Positions 35,683-45,595 of a stretch of 64,000 bases of DNA are shown here, one piece after another (within the stretch, counting starts at the first letter, position 1; every line of letters begins with the position of its first letter). The stretch comes from Nitrobacter sp. (GTDB lineage Bacteria; Pseudomonadota; Alphaproteobacteria; Rhizobiales; Xanthobacteraceae): contig NZ_BAAGBE010000001.1 in NCBI RefSeq assembly GCF_047149785.1, forward strand, positions 375,464 through 439,463, given 5' to 3'. The position numbers were made by a program, and so were the translations under genes. The notes beneath the pieces are model-generated. The model ran no database searches. It saw nothing but the letters and a program-made list of their open reading frames with translations, and was not told the origin of the DNA.

Positions 35683-37782
35683 ATGCCCCGCGATACCGAT
35701 AAAGACAATGCACGTGGCCGGCGTGATCGTCCCCCAGGCGGCAAGCGCCGATCCGGCGCGGCGCGCGGCCCGGAAAAGAAGCTCGCCAAGCGCGGCCTTC
35801 CGGCGCGAGACGAAGGCAGCAAGCGTCCCTCAACCGGCAAGCGCGCCGGTGCGAACAAGGCTGCCGGTGCGAAACCCTATGCCAGGACGTCACAGGCGGG
35901 TGCGGGGAAACCCTATGCGGGCAAACGCGATGGCGGTGACGCCGCGCGGCCTCGCTTCAAGCGCGACGACGGCGGCGACAAGCGTGCCTACACGCCGCGC
36001 GGGGACTCGCCTCGCGGCGAGCGTCCAGCCTTCAAACGTGACGACCGCGCACCGCGCGCTGAGCGTGGCGACGCGCGCCCTGCGGGGCGCTTTGCCGACA
36101 AGAAATTCGGTGACAAGCGTCCCTACGCCCCGCGAGGCGAGGGTTTCCGGAAAGACGGCGGCCGTCCGCAGCGTGCGCGGCCGCAAGGCGACCGACCTTA
36201 TGGCGCGCTTCCTCCGCGCGAGGGTGGCGGCGAGAAGCGCGCTTATGAGCCGCGCGGGGATCGCTCTGTCGGTGACAGGACGTTTTCACGCGGCGCGCCA
36301 GATCGCGGTTCGCGCGGGCCGCGCAAGGATTTCGGCGACCGTCCGGAGCGCGGCGAGTCCAAGCCGTGGGAGAAGCGCGACGCCCGCCCGCGCGATGATG
36401 TGCGACGCGGTTCCCGGCCCTCGCGCGATGACGCCGGACGTTTCGATAGGCCGCGCGATGATCGCGGCGGCGCAGCGCGTCCACGGTTCTCGAAATCGCG
36501 GGAAGATCGCCCCGAACGTGCTGCGGGCGGCGAGCGTGGCCCGCGCAAGTTTGATCGTCCGCAGGGCGAGCGGCCGCGTTATGACGGTCCGTCCGGGGAT
36601 CGTCCTCGCTTCGATCGCCCACGGCGGGAGCGCCCGCGCCATGAAGGAGGCGACGATCGCCCGCGTCGTGACAATGAGGACGACAGCAAGGTCTTCGCGA
36701 AGCGTCCGGCGTTCGGAGGGCGCGGCGCCTATCGCGAACGCAGGCCTGACGACGACCGCCGCGGCGCGCGGCCCGAGCCGAAGCCGAAGAAGGCAGGCGA
36801 GCGCATCGCGAAGGTGATGGCGCGCGCCGGTCTCGCCTCGCGCCGCGACGCCGAGGAATGGGTCACGCAGGGCCGCGTCGCGGTCAACGGCCGCGTCATC
36901 AACTCGCCGGCGCTCGACGTCACCTCGCGCGACGTCATCACCGTGGATGGCCAGCCCTTGCCCGAGCGCGAGCGCACGCGGCTGTTCCTGTATCACAAGC
37001 CGCGCGGATTGATGACGACCCACGCCGATCCCGAGGGGCGGCCGACCGTGTTCGATAACCTGCCCGAAGGTTTGCCGCGGCTGATCAGCGTCGGCCGGCT
37101 CGACTTCAACACCGAAGGGCTGTTGCTGCTGACCAACGACGGCGGTCTGGCCCGCGCGCTGGAACTGCCCGACACCGGCTGGCTGCGACGCTATCGCGTC
37201 CGCGCACACGGCGAGGTGACGCAGGCGCAACTCGACGCGCTCAGGAATGGCGTCGAGGTCGATGGCGTCAAATACGGCTCGATCGACGCCACGCTGGAGC
37301 GCGACCAGGGCGCGAATGTGTGGCTGACGTTCGCGATCCGCGAGGGCAAGAACCGCGAGGTGCGCAACGTGATGGCGCATCTCGGGCTCGAGGTGAACCG
37401 GCTGATCCGCATCTCGTACGGTCCGTTTCAACTGGCGGAGATCGCGGAAGGCGAGGTCGAGGAAGTCAAGACCCGCGTGCTGCGCGAGCAGCTCGGCGAC
37501 AAGATCGCCGCGCTTGCCAACGCGAATTTCGCCGGCGCCGCCGCCGAAGCCGATGCTCCCAAGCTCGGCCGCGACGGCACGCCGTTGCGTAGCAAGAAGG
37601 ACAACAAGGCGAGAACGAAGCGCGCGCTGATCGAGGATCGCAAGGGCCGCAGCGTCGTGGTGCAGCGGACCGGCAGCGACGAGGCGCGGGCGCGCAACGA
37701 AGCCGAGGCCAACGGCTATGGTCCGCCGCGCCGGCCGAAGCGCGGCTATCACGGCAAGCGCGATCTGACGCCGCGGGACTGA
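35683..37782 (+). CDS. rluB: 23S rRNA pseudouridine synthase (RluB/RsuA family) with long Arg/Asp/Gly/Pro-rich N-terminal extension
   Basis: 699-aa ORF. S4 domain 'ERIAKVMARAGLASRRDAEEWVTQGRVAVNG'. Catalytic motif 'GRLDFNTEGLLLLTNDG'. Residues 1-~370 and the last ~100 aa are low-complexity and basic. Confidence 0.88.
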   Translation: MPRDTDKDNARGRRDRPPGGKRRSGAARGPEKKLAKRGLPARDEGSKRPSTGKRAGANKAAGAKPYARTSQAGAGKPYAGKRDGGDAARPRFKRDDGGDKRAYTPRGDSPRGERPAFKRDDRAPRAERGDARPAGRFADKKFGDKRPYAPRGEGFRKDGGRPQRARPQGDRPYGALPPREGGGEKRAYEPRGDRSVGDRTFSRGAPDRGSRGPRKDFGDRPERGESKPWEKRDARPRDDVRRGSRPSRDDAGRFDRPRDDRGGAARPRFSKSREDRPERAAGGERGPRKFDRPQGERPRYDGPSGDRPRFDRPRRERPRHEGGDDRPRRDNEDDSKVFAKRPAFGGRGAYRERRPDDDRRGARPEPKPKKAGERIAKVMARAGLASRRDAEEWVTQGRVAVNGRVINSPALDVTSRDVITVDGQPLPERERTRLFLYHKPRGLMTTHADPEGRPTVFDNLPEGLPRLISVGRLDFNTEGLLLLTNDGGLARALELPDTGWLRRYRVRAHGEVTQAQLDALRNGVEVDGVKYGSIDATLERDQGANVWLTFAIREGKNREVRNVMAHLGLEVNRLIRISYGPFQLAEIAEGEVEEVKTRVLREQLGDKIAALANANFAGAAAEADAPKLGRDGTPLRSKKDNKARTKRALIEDRKGRSVVVQRTGSDEARARNEAEANGYGPPRRPKRGYHGKRDLTPRD

Positions 37783-37785
37783 ACG

Positions 37786-38346
37786 ATGCGCGTCGTCGGC
37801 GGACGGTTGAAGGGCCGCAACATCGCGTCACCTGCGTCGAATGCGATTCGGCCGACCCAGGATCGCCTGCGCGAGTCGCTGTTCAATATCCTCGTTCACG
37901 CCTACGCCAATCCGGTTGACGGCGCGCGCGTGCTCGATCTGTTCGCCGGCACCGGCGCGCTCGGCATCGAGGCGGTGTCGCGCGGGGCGAAGTTCACGTT
38001 GTTCGTCGATAACGGCGCCGAGGCGCGCGCATTGTTGCGCAACAATGTCGAGGCGCTCGGGCTTGGCGGCGTCACGAAAGTCTATCGCCGCGATGCGACG
38101 AATCTTGGCCCGGCGCATCCGATGGAGCCGTTCTCGCTGGTGTTCCTGGATCCGCCCTATGGCAAAGGTCTGGCCGACACGGCGCTGACCTCGTTGCGCG
38201 AGGGTGGATGGCTCGTGACGGACGCGCTGGTCGTTATCGAGGAAGCGACCGCGGCTGCGTTCGCCGCGCCGGACGGTTATGACGAACTCGAACGCCGCGC
38301 CTATGACGACACCGAGTTCGTGTTTCTACGGCCGAGCAGCAGGTAA
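37786..38346 (+). CDS. rsmD: 16S rRNA (guanine966-N2)-methyltransferase RsmD
   Basis: 186-aa ORF. 'MRVVGGRLKGRNI...IRPTQDRLRESLFNIL', the SAM motif 'LDLFAGTGALGIEAVSRGA' and 'VFLDPPY'. Confidence 0.92.
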   Translation: MRVVGGRLKGRNIASPASNAIRPTQDRLRESLFNILVHAYANPVDGARVLDLFAGTGALGIEAVSRGAKFTLFVDNGAEARALLRNNVEALGLGGVTKVYRRDATNLGPAHPMEPFSLVFLDPPYGKGLADTALTSLREGGWLVTDALVVIEEATAAAFAAPDGYDELERRAYDDTEFVFLRPSSR

Positions 38347-38814
38347 CTACGCCTTGGTCTTGCGCTTGAGAGCAGACGTGTTCAGTGCCACGGCAGCCCG
38401 AATGAGTGCCTTCAACGCTTTGTCGTCGATCTTGTCACCTTCATGAAGATCAATGGCGCGCCTGGTGTTGCCTTCGAGACTGGCATTGAACAGGCCGGAT
38501 GGATCGTCCAGCGAAGCGCCCTTGGCGAAGGTCATCTTCACGGCGTTCTTGTAGGTTTCGCCGGTGCAGATGATGCCGTGATGTTCCCAAACCGGAACGC
38601 CGCGCATCGCGTTGGACGGTTTTTTCCATTTCACCTCTTCGACCACCTCGGGGTCGGCTTGCCTGATGATGAACCGGACGCGCGCAAGCATCTCGCCCCG
38701 CCAGTCGCCCAGCTCCTCGATCCGGGCGTCGATGAGGCGGGAGGGAGAATCCTTGTCCCCGGCTTCCTTCGCGCTGGGCTTCTTCATGCTTGCCGCCTTG
38801 AAACGGGATATCAT
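38347..38814 (-). CDS. DUF1801 (YdhG-like) domain protein
   Basis: 155-aa ORF (an alternative start MKKPSAK lies at 38787). 'IIRQADPEVVEEVKWKKPSNAMRGVPVWEHHGIICTGETYKNAVKMTFAKGASL' fits the DUF1801 pattern. Confidence 0.7.
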   Translation of the reverse strand: MISRFKAASMKKPSAKEAGDKDSPSRLIDARIEELGDWRGEMLARVRFIIRQADPEVVEEVKWKKPSNAMRGVPVWEHHGIICTGETYKNAVKMTFAKGASLDDPSGLFNASLEGNTRRAIDLHEGDKIDDKALKALIRAAVALNTSALKRKTKA

Positions 38815-40622
38815 CGCCGACCGAACAGCTTCTCGATATCGGCCAGCTTAAGTTCAACATAAGTCGGACGGCCGTGATTGCACTGGCCTGAATTGGGCGT
38901 CGCTTCCATGTCGCGCAGCAGCGCGTTCATTTCCTCGGGCTTGAGGATTCGTCCGGCGCGCACCGAGCCGTGACACGCCATCGTGGCCGCGACATGCATC
39001 AGCCGCCGTTCGAGCGGCAGCGCCTCGTCCCACTCGACCATGTGTTCGGCGAGATCGCGCAACAGCGCCGCCGCGTTGGTTTTGCCGAGCAGCGAGGGCG
39101 TCTCGCGCACGGCGACCGCGCCGGGTCCGAACGACTCGATGGCGAGACCGAATTTTTCGAGCTCCGTGGCGCGATCGATCAGCTTTTCGACGGTCGCCTC
39201 GTCCAGTTCGATGATGTCGGGTATCAGAAGAATTTGCCGCTGCACGCCGTCGCGCTCCAGCGCCGCCTTCAGCCGCTCATACACAATGCGCTCGTGCGCG
39301 GCGTGCTGGTCCACCACGATGAGGCCGTCGCGGGTCTGCGACACGATATAGGTTTCGTGAATTTGCGTGCGCGCCGCGCCGAGCGGCCGGTCGATCAGGT
39401 CAACTGCCGGACAGGCGTCGAATCGCACATCCGCGCTCGGCGCGCCGACATCGAATGCGGCCTGTCCGGGCTCCGCCAGGGTGGTCGCGGCCGCGTCGCC
39501 GGACCATGGCCGCGCACCGAGAGGCGAGGCGGGCGATTGCCGCCAGTCCCAGTTCGCCGGACGCGGCGCGGTCGCGGGACGAAATGCGGTGAGCACCGCG
39601 CCGTCGCCGTTGGCGGCTGTGCGACGACCCTCGCGCGCGAGAGCGTCCTTCAGCCCGTGCACGATCAGCGCCCGTACCAGGGCGGCATTGCGGAAGCGCA
39701 CTTCCGTCTTGGCGGGATGGACGTTGGCGTCGACCTCCTGCGGCTCGGTCGTGACGAACAACGCCACCACGGGATGGCGGTCGCGCGGTAGGTAATCGGA
39801 ATAGGCCGCGCGCACCGCGCCGAGGATCAGCTTGTCGCGCACCGGGCGGCCGTTGACGAACAGATACTGGCCGAGCGCGTTGGCGCGCGTCAGCGACGGC
39901 GCGGCGGCGAAGCCCTCCACGATCACGCCCTCGCGTTCGGCACGCGCCGCGATGGCGCTGCCGCGGAAGTCTGCGCCGAGAATGTCGCCGAGCCGTGTCA
40001 ATTGTCCGGCCGCACCCGGCAGCGCCGCCGTCCACGTCACCGGCGCACGCCCTTCGCCGGCGAGCGTGAAGGCGATATCGGGCCGTGCCATCGCCAGTCG
40101 CCGCACCACCTCGCGGATCGCCTCAGCCTCGGTGCGGTCGGTCTTGAGGAATTTCAGCCGTGCGGGCGTCGCAAAAAAAAGATCGCCGACCTCGACGCGG
40201 GTGCCCTGCGTCAGCGCCGCCGGCGCGAGCGCGGATTTCCGCCCGCCCTCGACATTGAGCGACCACGCATGCGGCTCGCTCGAATGACGCGTCGTGATGG
40301 CGAGTTTCGCAACCGCGCCGATCGAGGGCAGGGCCTCGCCGCGAAAGCCCAGCGTGCGGATACGCAGCAGATCCTCGTCGTCGAGCTTCGAGGTGGCGTG
40401 GCGCTCCACCGCCAGCGCGAGATCGCCGCGCGTCATTCCGCCGCCGTCGTCGGTGACGCCGATCCGCCGCCGTCCGCCGCCGTCGGTGAAGATGTCGATG
40501 CGGCCCGCGCCGGCATCGACGGCGTTCTCCACCAGTTCCTTCACCACGCTCGCCGGGCGTTCGACCACTTCGCCGGCCGCGATGCGGTTGACGACGGTCT
40601 CGGGAAGCTGGCGGACGGGCAT
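38811..40622 (-). CDS. mutL: DNA mismatch repair endonuclease MutL
   Basis: 603-aa ORF. GHKL ATPase N-terminus 'NRIAAGEVVERPASVVKELVENAVDAGA'. C-terminal endonuclease motifs 'DQHAAHERI' and 'CNHGRPT'. Confidence 0.95.
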   Translation of the reverse strand: MPVRQLPETVVNRIAAGEVVERPASVVKELVENAVDAGAGRIDIFTDGGGRRRIGVTDDGGGMTRGDLALAVERHATSKLDDEDLLRIRTLGFRGEALPSIGAVAKLAITTRHSSEPHAWSLNVEGGRKSALAPAALTQGTRVEVGDLFFATPARLKFLKTDRTEAEAIREVVRRLAMARPDIAFTLAGEGRAPVTWTAALPGAAGQLTRLGDILGADFRGSAIAARAEREGVIVEGFAAAPSLTRANALGQYLFVNGRPVRDKLILGAVRAAYSDYLPRDRHPVVALFVTTEPQEVDANVHPAKTEVRFRNAALVRALIVHGLKDALAREGRRTAANGDGAVLTAFRPATAPRPANWDWRQSPASPLGARPWSGDAAATTLAEPGQAAFDVGAPSADVRFDACPAVDLIDRPLGAARTQIHETYIVSQTRDGLIVVDQHAAHERIVYERLKAALERDGVQRQILLIPDIIELDEATVEKLIDRATELEKFGLAIESFGPGAVAVRETPSLLGKTNAAALLRDLAEHMVEWDEALPLERRLMHVAATMACHGSVRAGRILKPEEMNALLRDMEATPNSGQCNHGRPTYVELKLADIEKLFGRR

Positions 40623-40657
40623 CGGGTAAGGCTCGACTCGGGCTGCGGCGGAGGCAG

Positions 40658-40735
40658 TTTAGAGCGTTTTCGAGCAAAGTGGCTACCGGTTCGCGTGAAG
40701 AAAACGCGTCGAATCAATGGGCAACCTTGAATGTC
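40658..40735 (+). repeat. Family B interspersed repeat (no terminal hairpin)
   Basis: tttagagcgttttcgagcaaagtggctaccggttcgcgtgaagaaaacgcgtcgaatcaatgg is nearly identical in its core to 12884-12940. Confidence 0.75.
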
Positions 40736-40819
40736 CTGGGTTACCCGGGGGAACGTCGTGTCCCGGATGTGATTGCGGTCCAGGTTCCTGCGTTCGCGGG
40801 AACGACGAAGGCAAACGCC

Positions 40820-41248
40820 TCAATCGTCGTAACGGGCCGCACCGCGCTTCGCCTTGACGTCGCTTCGGCGTTTCTTGCCTTCGAGGCGGCGCTGCTTCGA
40901 GCCGAGCGTTGGCCGCGTGGGTCGGCGCGGCGTGGGGCGGATCGCGGCTTTGCGCAGCAAATCGATCAGGCGGTCGATGGCGTCGGCGCGGTTGCGCTCC
41001 TGGGTGCGGAAGCGCTGGGCATGGATCACGATCACGCCGTCCCGCGTCATCCGTTGCCCGGCGAGACTCGCGAGCCGCGTCGCCACATCCGGGGCGAGCG
41101 TCAGGCGGCGGGTGTCGAAGCGCAATTGCGCGGCGGTGGCGAGCTTGTTGACGTTCTGGCCACCCGGACCCGAGGCGCGGACGAAGCCGATCTCGATGTC
41201 GTCGTCGTCGATCGCGATATCGCGGGTGATCCGCACTGTGGCACTCAC
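40820..41248 (-). CDS. arfB: Alternative ribosome-rescue factor ArfB (class I RF-like peptidyl-tRNA hydrolase)
   Basis: 142-aa ORF with the 'SGPGGQNVNK' GGQ motif and a basic C-terminal tail. Confidence 0.9.
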   Translation of the reverse strand: MSATVRITRDIAIDDDDIEIGFVRASGPGGQNVNKLATAAQLRFDTRRLTLAPDVATRLASLAGQRMTRDGVIVIHAQRFRTQERNRADAIDRLIDLLRKAAIRPTPRRPTRPTLGSKQRRLEGKKRRSDVKAKRGAARYDD

Positions 41249-41305
41249 TGTTTGTTCCCCCTTGCGGCGGGAATCAGACCGAGCACCATAACCGATATGT
41301 GCGCG

Positions 41306-42715
41306 TCAGTGCGCGGCCGGGTGCGGCGCGGGCTGGGCCGCCCCTGGCCGGGCGGCCGCCCCCGGCTGGGCTGCCGCCGGTTGCGTCGCCGCCTGCGTGC
41401 GTCCCACGACCACGGTCAGGAGCCCGTGCCCCCACAGCCGCTTCGCGACCGCTCTCGCCTGGTCGAGGGTGACGGCATCGACAATGGCGTTGCGCTTCTC
41501 GATATAGTCGATGGGCAGATTATCGGTCTGATACTGCAACAGGCCCCTGGCCAGCTTCGATGAGGTGTCGAGCTCCAGCATCTGCGATCCCTTGAGGTAG
41601 GATTTGGCTTCGTCCAGTTCTTTCTGGGTCGGCCCACTGTCGGCAAAACGCTGGATTTCCTTGTCGATGGCCTCGATGCTTTCGCTGGCGCGGTCGGCGC
41701 GGGTTCCGGTGGTGCCCGCAAACAGCGCCGAATGATCCATCCACAGCAGCGATTCCGAGACGGAATAGGCGAGGCCGCGCTTTTCGCGTATCTCCCGGTA
41801 GAGCCGGGATGACAGCGAGCCGCCGCCGAGAATGTGGTTGTCGACGTAGGCTGCCATGAAATCCGGATCGTGACGCATGATGCCGGGGCCGCCGAACATG
41901 ACCACGGTCTGAGGCACGTCGAGCGGAACGAAGACGCGTTGCGGCGGCTTGGCGGCGACGACGTCTGCAACCGGCGTGAGGTCGCCTTTCGCGGGCAGTC
42001 CTCCGAAGGTCTGATCCAGCAGCTTTGCGAGCGCCGCCGGCTCGATGTCGCCCACGACCGCGATCTTCAATTTGTCCCTCGCCAGCACGTGATGCACGTA
42101 GGTCCTGAGGTCGTCGGTCTTGATCGTCGGAATGCTTTCGAGGGTGCCGTGCGAAGGGTGGCCGTAGGGATGATCGCCGAATGCGAGCTTGAGGAAATTG
42201 CGGCCGGCAAGTGCGTCGGGATTGGTCGAGTTGCGGCGGAGGTTGGACATGATCTGCGAGCGGATGCGCTCGACGTCGCTGGTGTCGAAGCGCGGCGCGG
42301 TCAGGGCGAGCCGCAGCAGGCCGAACGCTTCGTTGCTATGCTCCTTGAGCATCCGCAACGAGCCGCGGAGCCGGTCACGCTCGATGGTGAAGCTCAACTC
42401 GATGGCGTGACGGTCGAGCCGTTCATGGAAGGTCTTGGAGTCGAGGTCGGCGGCGCCTTCGTCGAGCAGGCTCGCGACCATGTAGCCGACTCCCGGCTTG
42501 TCGGCCGGGTCCTGCGTCGCGCCGCCCGCGAACGCGTATTCCATCGCCACCAGCGGCACCGTTGCATCCTGGACGAACCAGGCCTCGATGCCTCCCGGCG
42601 TCACAAGATGCTGGATCTTCGTTGCGGCGAGCGACGGGCTCGCGGCGAGGGCGGTCAATGCGAAGCAAGCCATGGCGAGCAGGCGGCGCGCCGCGCCGAT
42701 CCGGATGCGTCTCAC
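41306..42715 (-). CDS. M16-family (pitrilysin-like) peptidase, non-catalytic partner subunit
   Basis: ORF 41306..42790. The GTG at 42715 overlaps the stop of the upstream M16 gene (GTGA). A signal peptide is present. It has the M16 fold pattern but no HxxEH motif. Confidence 0.8.
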   Translation of the reverse strand: MRRIRIGAARRLLAMACFALTALAASPSLAATKIQHLVTPGGIEAWFVQDATVPLVAMEYAFAGGATQDPADKPGVGYMVASLLDEGAADLDSKTFHERLDRHAIELSFTIERDRLRGSLRMLKEHSNEAFGLLRLALTAPRFDTSDVERIRSQIMSNLRRNSTNPDALAGRNFLKLAFGDHPYGHPSHGTLESIPTIKTDDLRTYVHHVLARDKLKIAVVGDIEPAALAKLLDQTFGGLPAKGDLTPVADVVAAKPPQRVFVPLDVPQTVVMFGGPGIMRHDPDFMAAYVDNHILGGGSLSSRLYREIREKRGLAYSVSESLLWMDHSALFAGTTGTRADRASESIEAIDKEIQRFADSGPTQKELDEAKSYLKGSQMLELDTSSKLARGLLQYQTDNLPIDYIEKRNAIVDAVTLDQARAVAKRLWGHGLLTVVVGRTQAATQPAAAQPGAAARPGAAQPAPHPAAH

Positions 42716-44100
42716 GACCGCTTCTCCTCGTGCGCCGGCGTGGTGTCCTTGATCAGATATCCCGTCACCGAGCGCGTCTTGACCAGCCATTTTTGCGCGG
42801 CCTCACGAACCTGCTCGGCGGTCACCGCGCGGACGCGGTCCGGCCAGCTCCTGATTTGGTCGACGCTCAATCCCACGGTCATGCCCGCGCCGTACCAGCG
42901 CGCCAGCGTCGTCTGACTGTCCTGGGCGTAGATCGCCTGCGCGATCAATTGCGTCTTCACGCGCTCGAGGTCTTCCGCGGGGACCGGGTTCTTGGCGAGG
43001 TCCGCGATCACGGCGTCGAGGGCCTGCTCGACCTTGGGGAAACCGACGCCCGGTTTCGGCGCCACCGCGATCGAGAACTGGGTCGGATCGACCGCGATGC
43101 CCGAATAGGATGCGTTGGTGTCGACGGCGAGCTGCTTGTCGACGACCAGCGCGCGGTAGAGATAGGCGTTGCTGCCTTCGCCCATCAGTTGCGCAAGCAC
43201 ATCCAGCGCGGGGCTTTCGCCGGCGGCGGCGGTGGTTGCGGAAGGCACGAGGTAATAACGCCGCAGCATCGGCTGCTCGACGCGAGGGTCGGCGAGCGTG
43301 ACCGTCCGTGCCGCTATCGGCACCGGTTCCTGCGGACGGATGCGGACAGCCGGAATTGAGGGCTGTGGCGGCACCTGGCCGAATGTCTTTTCGATCTCGG
43401 GCCGTATTGTCTGCGCATCCACGTCGCCGGCGATCACCAGCGTCGCGTTGTTCGGCGCGTAGAACCGCTTGTAGAAGGCAAGCGCGTCCTGGCGGGTGAG
43501 CTTCTCGATCTCGTGGCGCCAGCCGATCACCGGGCGGCCGTAGGGATGGTTGAGATAGAGCGCCGCCATGATCTGTTCGGTCAGCCGCGCATCGGGATTG
43601 TTGGCGACGCGCATGTTGTATTCCTCGAGCACCACGTCGCGCTCGGGCAGCACGTTTTCGTCCTTCAGCACCAGTCCGGTCATGCGGTCGGCCTCGAACG
43701 CCATCATCGTCGCGAGTTGATCGCGCGGCACGCGCTGGTAGTAGCCGGTGTAGTCGAAATAGGTGAAGGCGTTTTCTTCGCCGCCGACGCGCAACACGGT
43801 CTTGGAAAACTCGCCGGCCGGATGCTTGGCGGTGCCCTTGAACATCAGATGCTCGAGGAAATGCGCCAGCCCGGACTTGCCGGGCGTTTCATCCGCCGAG
43901 CCGACCTTGTACCAGATCATCTGCGTGACCACCGGCGTCCGGTGATCGGGAATGATCACGACCGCGAGTCCGTTGGCCAGGGTAAACGTAGTCGGCGGTT
44001 GGGCGGTGATTGTCTGCGCCTGGGCCGCCTCGAAAGCAGGCGCGAGGCACAGGACCAGCGCCGTGAGGACGCGGGCGGCCAGTCGTCTGAGTGCTGTCAT
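42712..44100 (-). CDS. M16-family zinc peptidase (catalytic subunit)
   Basis: In-frame ATG at 44100 (MTALRRLAARVLTALVLCLAPAFEAAQA signal peptide). Inverted zinc motif 'HFLEHLMFKG'. Confidence 0.88.
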   Translation of the reverse strand: MTALRRLAARVLTALVLCLAPAFEAAQAQTITAQPPTTFTLANGLAVVIIPDHRTPVVTQMIWYKVGSADETPGKSGLAHFLEHLMFKGTAKHPAGEFSKTVLRVGGEENAFTYFDYTGYYQRVPRDQLATMMAFEADRMTGLVLKDENVLPERDVVLEEYNMRVANNPDARLTEQIMAALYLNHPYGRPVIGWRHEIEKLTRQDALAFYKRFYAPNNATLVIAGDVDAQTIRPEIEKTFGQVPPQPSIPAVRIRPQEPVPIAARTVTLADPRVEQPMLRRYYLVPSATTAAAGESPALDVLAQLMGEGSNAYLYRALVVDKQLAVDTNASYSGIAVDPTQFSIAVAPKPGVGFPKVEQALDAVIADLAKNPVPAEDLERVKTQLIAQAIYAQDSQTTLARWYGAGMTVGLSVDQIRSWPDRVRAVTAEQVREAAQKWLVKTRSVTGYLIKDTTPAHEEKRS

Positions 44101-44285
44101 GACATGCACCGGCGGCAAGTTGTCTCTGTGGCTACGGATTGCCGTCAGTCCCTTTGCTGGAGCCAATCATTCGGTCGCGGCGTCGCCGGTCCGGATGATC
44201 ACGAAACTAAGTCCGGCCCGCATCGTGTTGGACGACCCGGGCAGGATACGTCAGCCCGGCTTGTTCGTGCCGCCGGTTGTCGCCG

Positions 44286-44999
44286 TCATTCTTTGCGCTC
44301 CTTGCCGGTGTTGACATCGATATACGTGTTGCCGAGGGCTTCCTTCGGCCCGGTGCCGTAAGCGTAGTTCGGGGATGGGGTCTGGTATCCGGCCGGAGGC
44401 TGCGTCAGCTCTTCCCGTTCCGGCTCGCCCGTGAACGTTGCGGTCTGCGGCTTGTTGCCGCCGAACAGGTTGAGGAGCTTGCCGGTGAAACCGAGTTGCG
44501 AGGGGCTGAGCGACGGATCCGCGTCCGGCGGCTGGCCCGGCTGCTCGGTCTCGGCCCGTCGCTCGGTGCCGGAACCGTGCGTTGCGAGCTTGCTCGGCAG
44601 GATCGAGGCGCCCTCTTCTTCGGGTACCGGCTTTCTTTGCTTGCGGGCGGCGACCAATTCCTTGTGGCGCTGAGCGTCGGGATCCTTCGGCCAGTTCGGA
44701 TCTCTGACCTCGGTCGCGGCGGAGCCCGGCGGCGGCAGGTCGATCTTGGGTGGAATCACCAGCGGCGACCGCTCGCGATAGTTGATGCCCTTGTTGTCCA
44801 TGTTGGTGGCGCCGATGCCGCTCATGATATTCTTGATGATTTTTTCCTCGAAGGTGGAGTCGTCGTCGTCCTGAGCGCGGGCCACGCTCGACGACAGTAC
44901 GACGGCGATGCCCGCGGCAACCGCGGCAAGACGAACGCCGCGCGGAAGCATTCCCGAAGCCCTGAGCACATCCCAACCGTTCTGTCCGGCTCTGCGCAT
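44286..44999 (-). CDS. Secreted Pro-rich protein of unknown function (possibly DUF3035-like)
   Basis: 237-aa ORF with a signal peptide (RLAAVAAGIAVVLSSSVARAQ). Its position between lspA and the M16 pair is conserved in alphaproteobacteria, as far as I recall. The family name is tentative. Confidence 0.55.
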   Translation of the reverse strand: MRRAGQNGWDVLRASGMLPRGVRLAAVAAGIAVVLSSSVARAQDDDDSTFEEKIIKNIMSGIGATNMDNKGINYRERSPLVIPPKIDLPPPGSAATEVRDPNWPKDPDAQRHKELVAARKQRKPVPEEEGASILPSKLATHGSGTERRAETEQPGQPPDADPSLSPSQLGFTGKLLNLFGGNKPQTATFTGEPEREELTQPPAGYQTPSPNYAYGTGPKEALGNTYIDVNTGKERKE

Positions 45000-45080
45000 C
45001 GCGCTTATCCTGTTCGGTTTTTTTCGAAGGATTGCGATCGGAAGCCGACCGCACTCCGAGCAGCCCCCTATCGTCCGGGA

Positions 45081-45578
45081 TCAGGGCGCTTTTGCGGCGG
45101 ACTTTCCGAAGAAGGAGTCATACAACAATGCTATCACCCCGGCAACGATGGCCACATCGGCGAGGTTGAACACGTACCAGCTATAGGTTTTTCCTGCGAA
45201 GCGGAGGTGAAACAGAGCGAAATCCACCACCGCGCCATAGGCGAAGCGGTCGATGGCGTTGCCGATGGCGCCGCCGATGATGAGACCGAGGCCGGTTGTC
45301 GCCAGGAGAGTATGCGATCGCGCCATCCAGATCGCCAGCAGCACCACCGCGACCGCTTTGATCGCGAGCAGGATCGCCGCGCCCGCCGGGCTGTCGGTCT
45401 GGAACCAGCCGTAGCTGATGCCGGTATTCCAGGCCAGCACCAGGTCGAAAAACGGCGTAACATTGACGGTACCGCGATGACCGATATCGAACACGAACAA
45501 CAGCCAGAGCTTCGAGGCCTGATCGAGGATCAGTGCGAGGGCGGCTGCGATGAGGCCGGAACGGAGGGGAGTGGTCAT
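45081..45578 (-). CDS. lspA: Lipoprotein signal peptidase LspA
   Basis: 165-aa ORF with four TM segments and motifs 'WNTGISYGW' and 'GGAIGNAIDR'. Downstream of ileS, as in most bacteria. Confidence 0.93.
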   Translation of the reverse strand: MTTPLRSGLIAAALALILDQASKLWLLFVFDIGHRGTVNVTPFFDLVLAWNTGISYGWFQTDSPAGAAILLAIKAVAVVLLAIWMARSHTLLATTGLGLIIGGAIGNAIDRFAYGAVVDFALFHLRFAGKTYSWYVFNLADVAIVAGVIALLYDSFFGKSAAKAP

Positions 45579-45595
45579 GCGTCGGCCGCTCTGTT

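Noticed and set aside
35576-36817. 413-aa alternative-frame ORF and the 488-aa antisense ORF (36286..37752) over rluB
   Set aside because: Both are by-products of the repetitive GC-rich sequence that encodes the RluB low-complexity region. Only the 35683 frame continues into the S4 and pseudouridine synthase domains.
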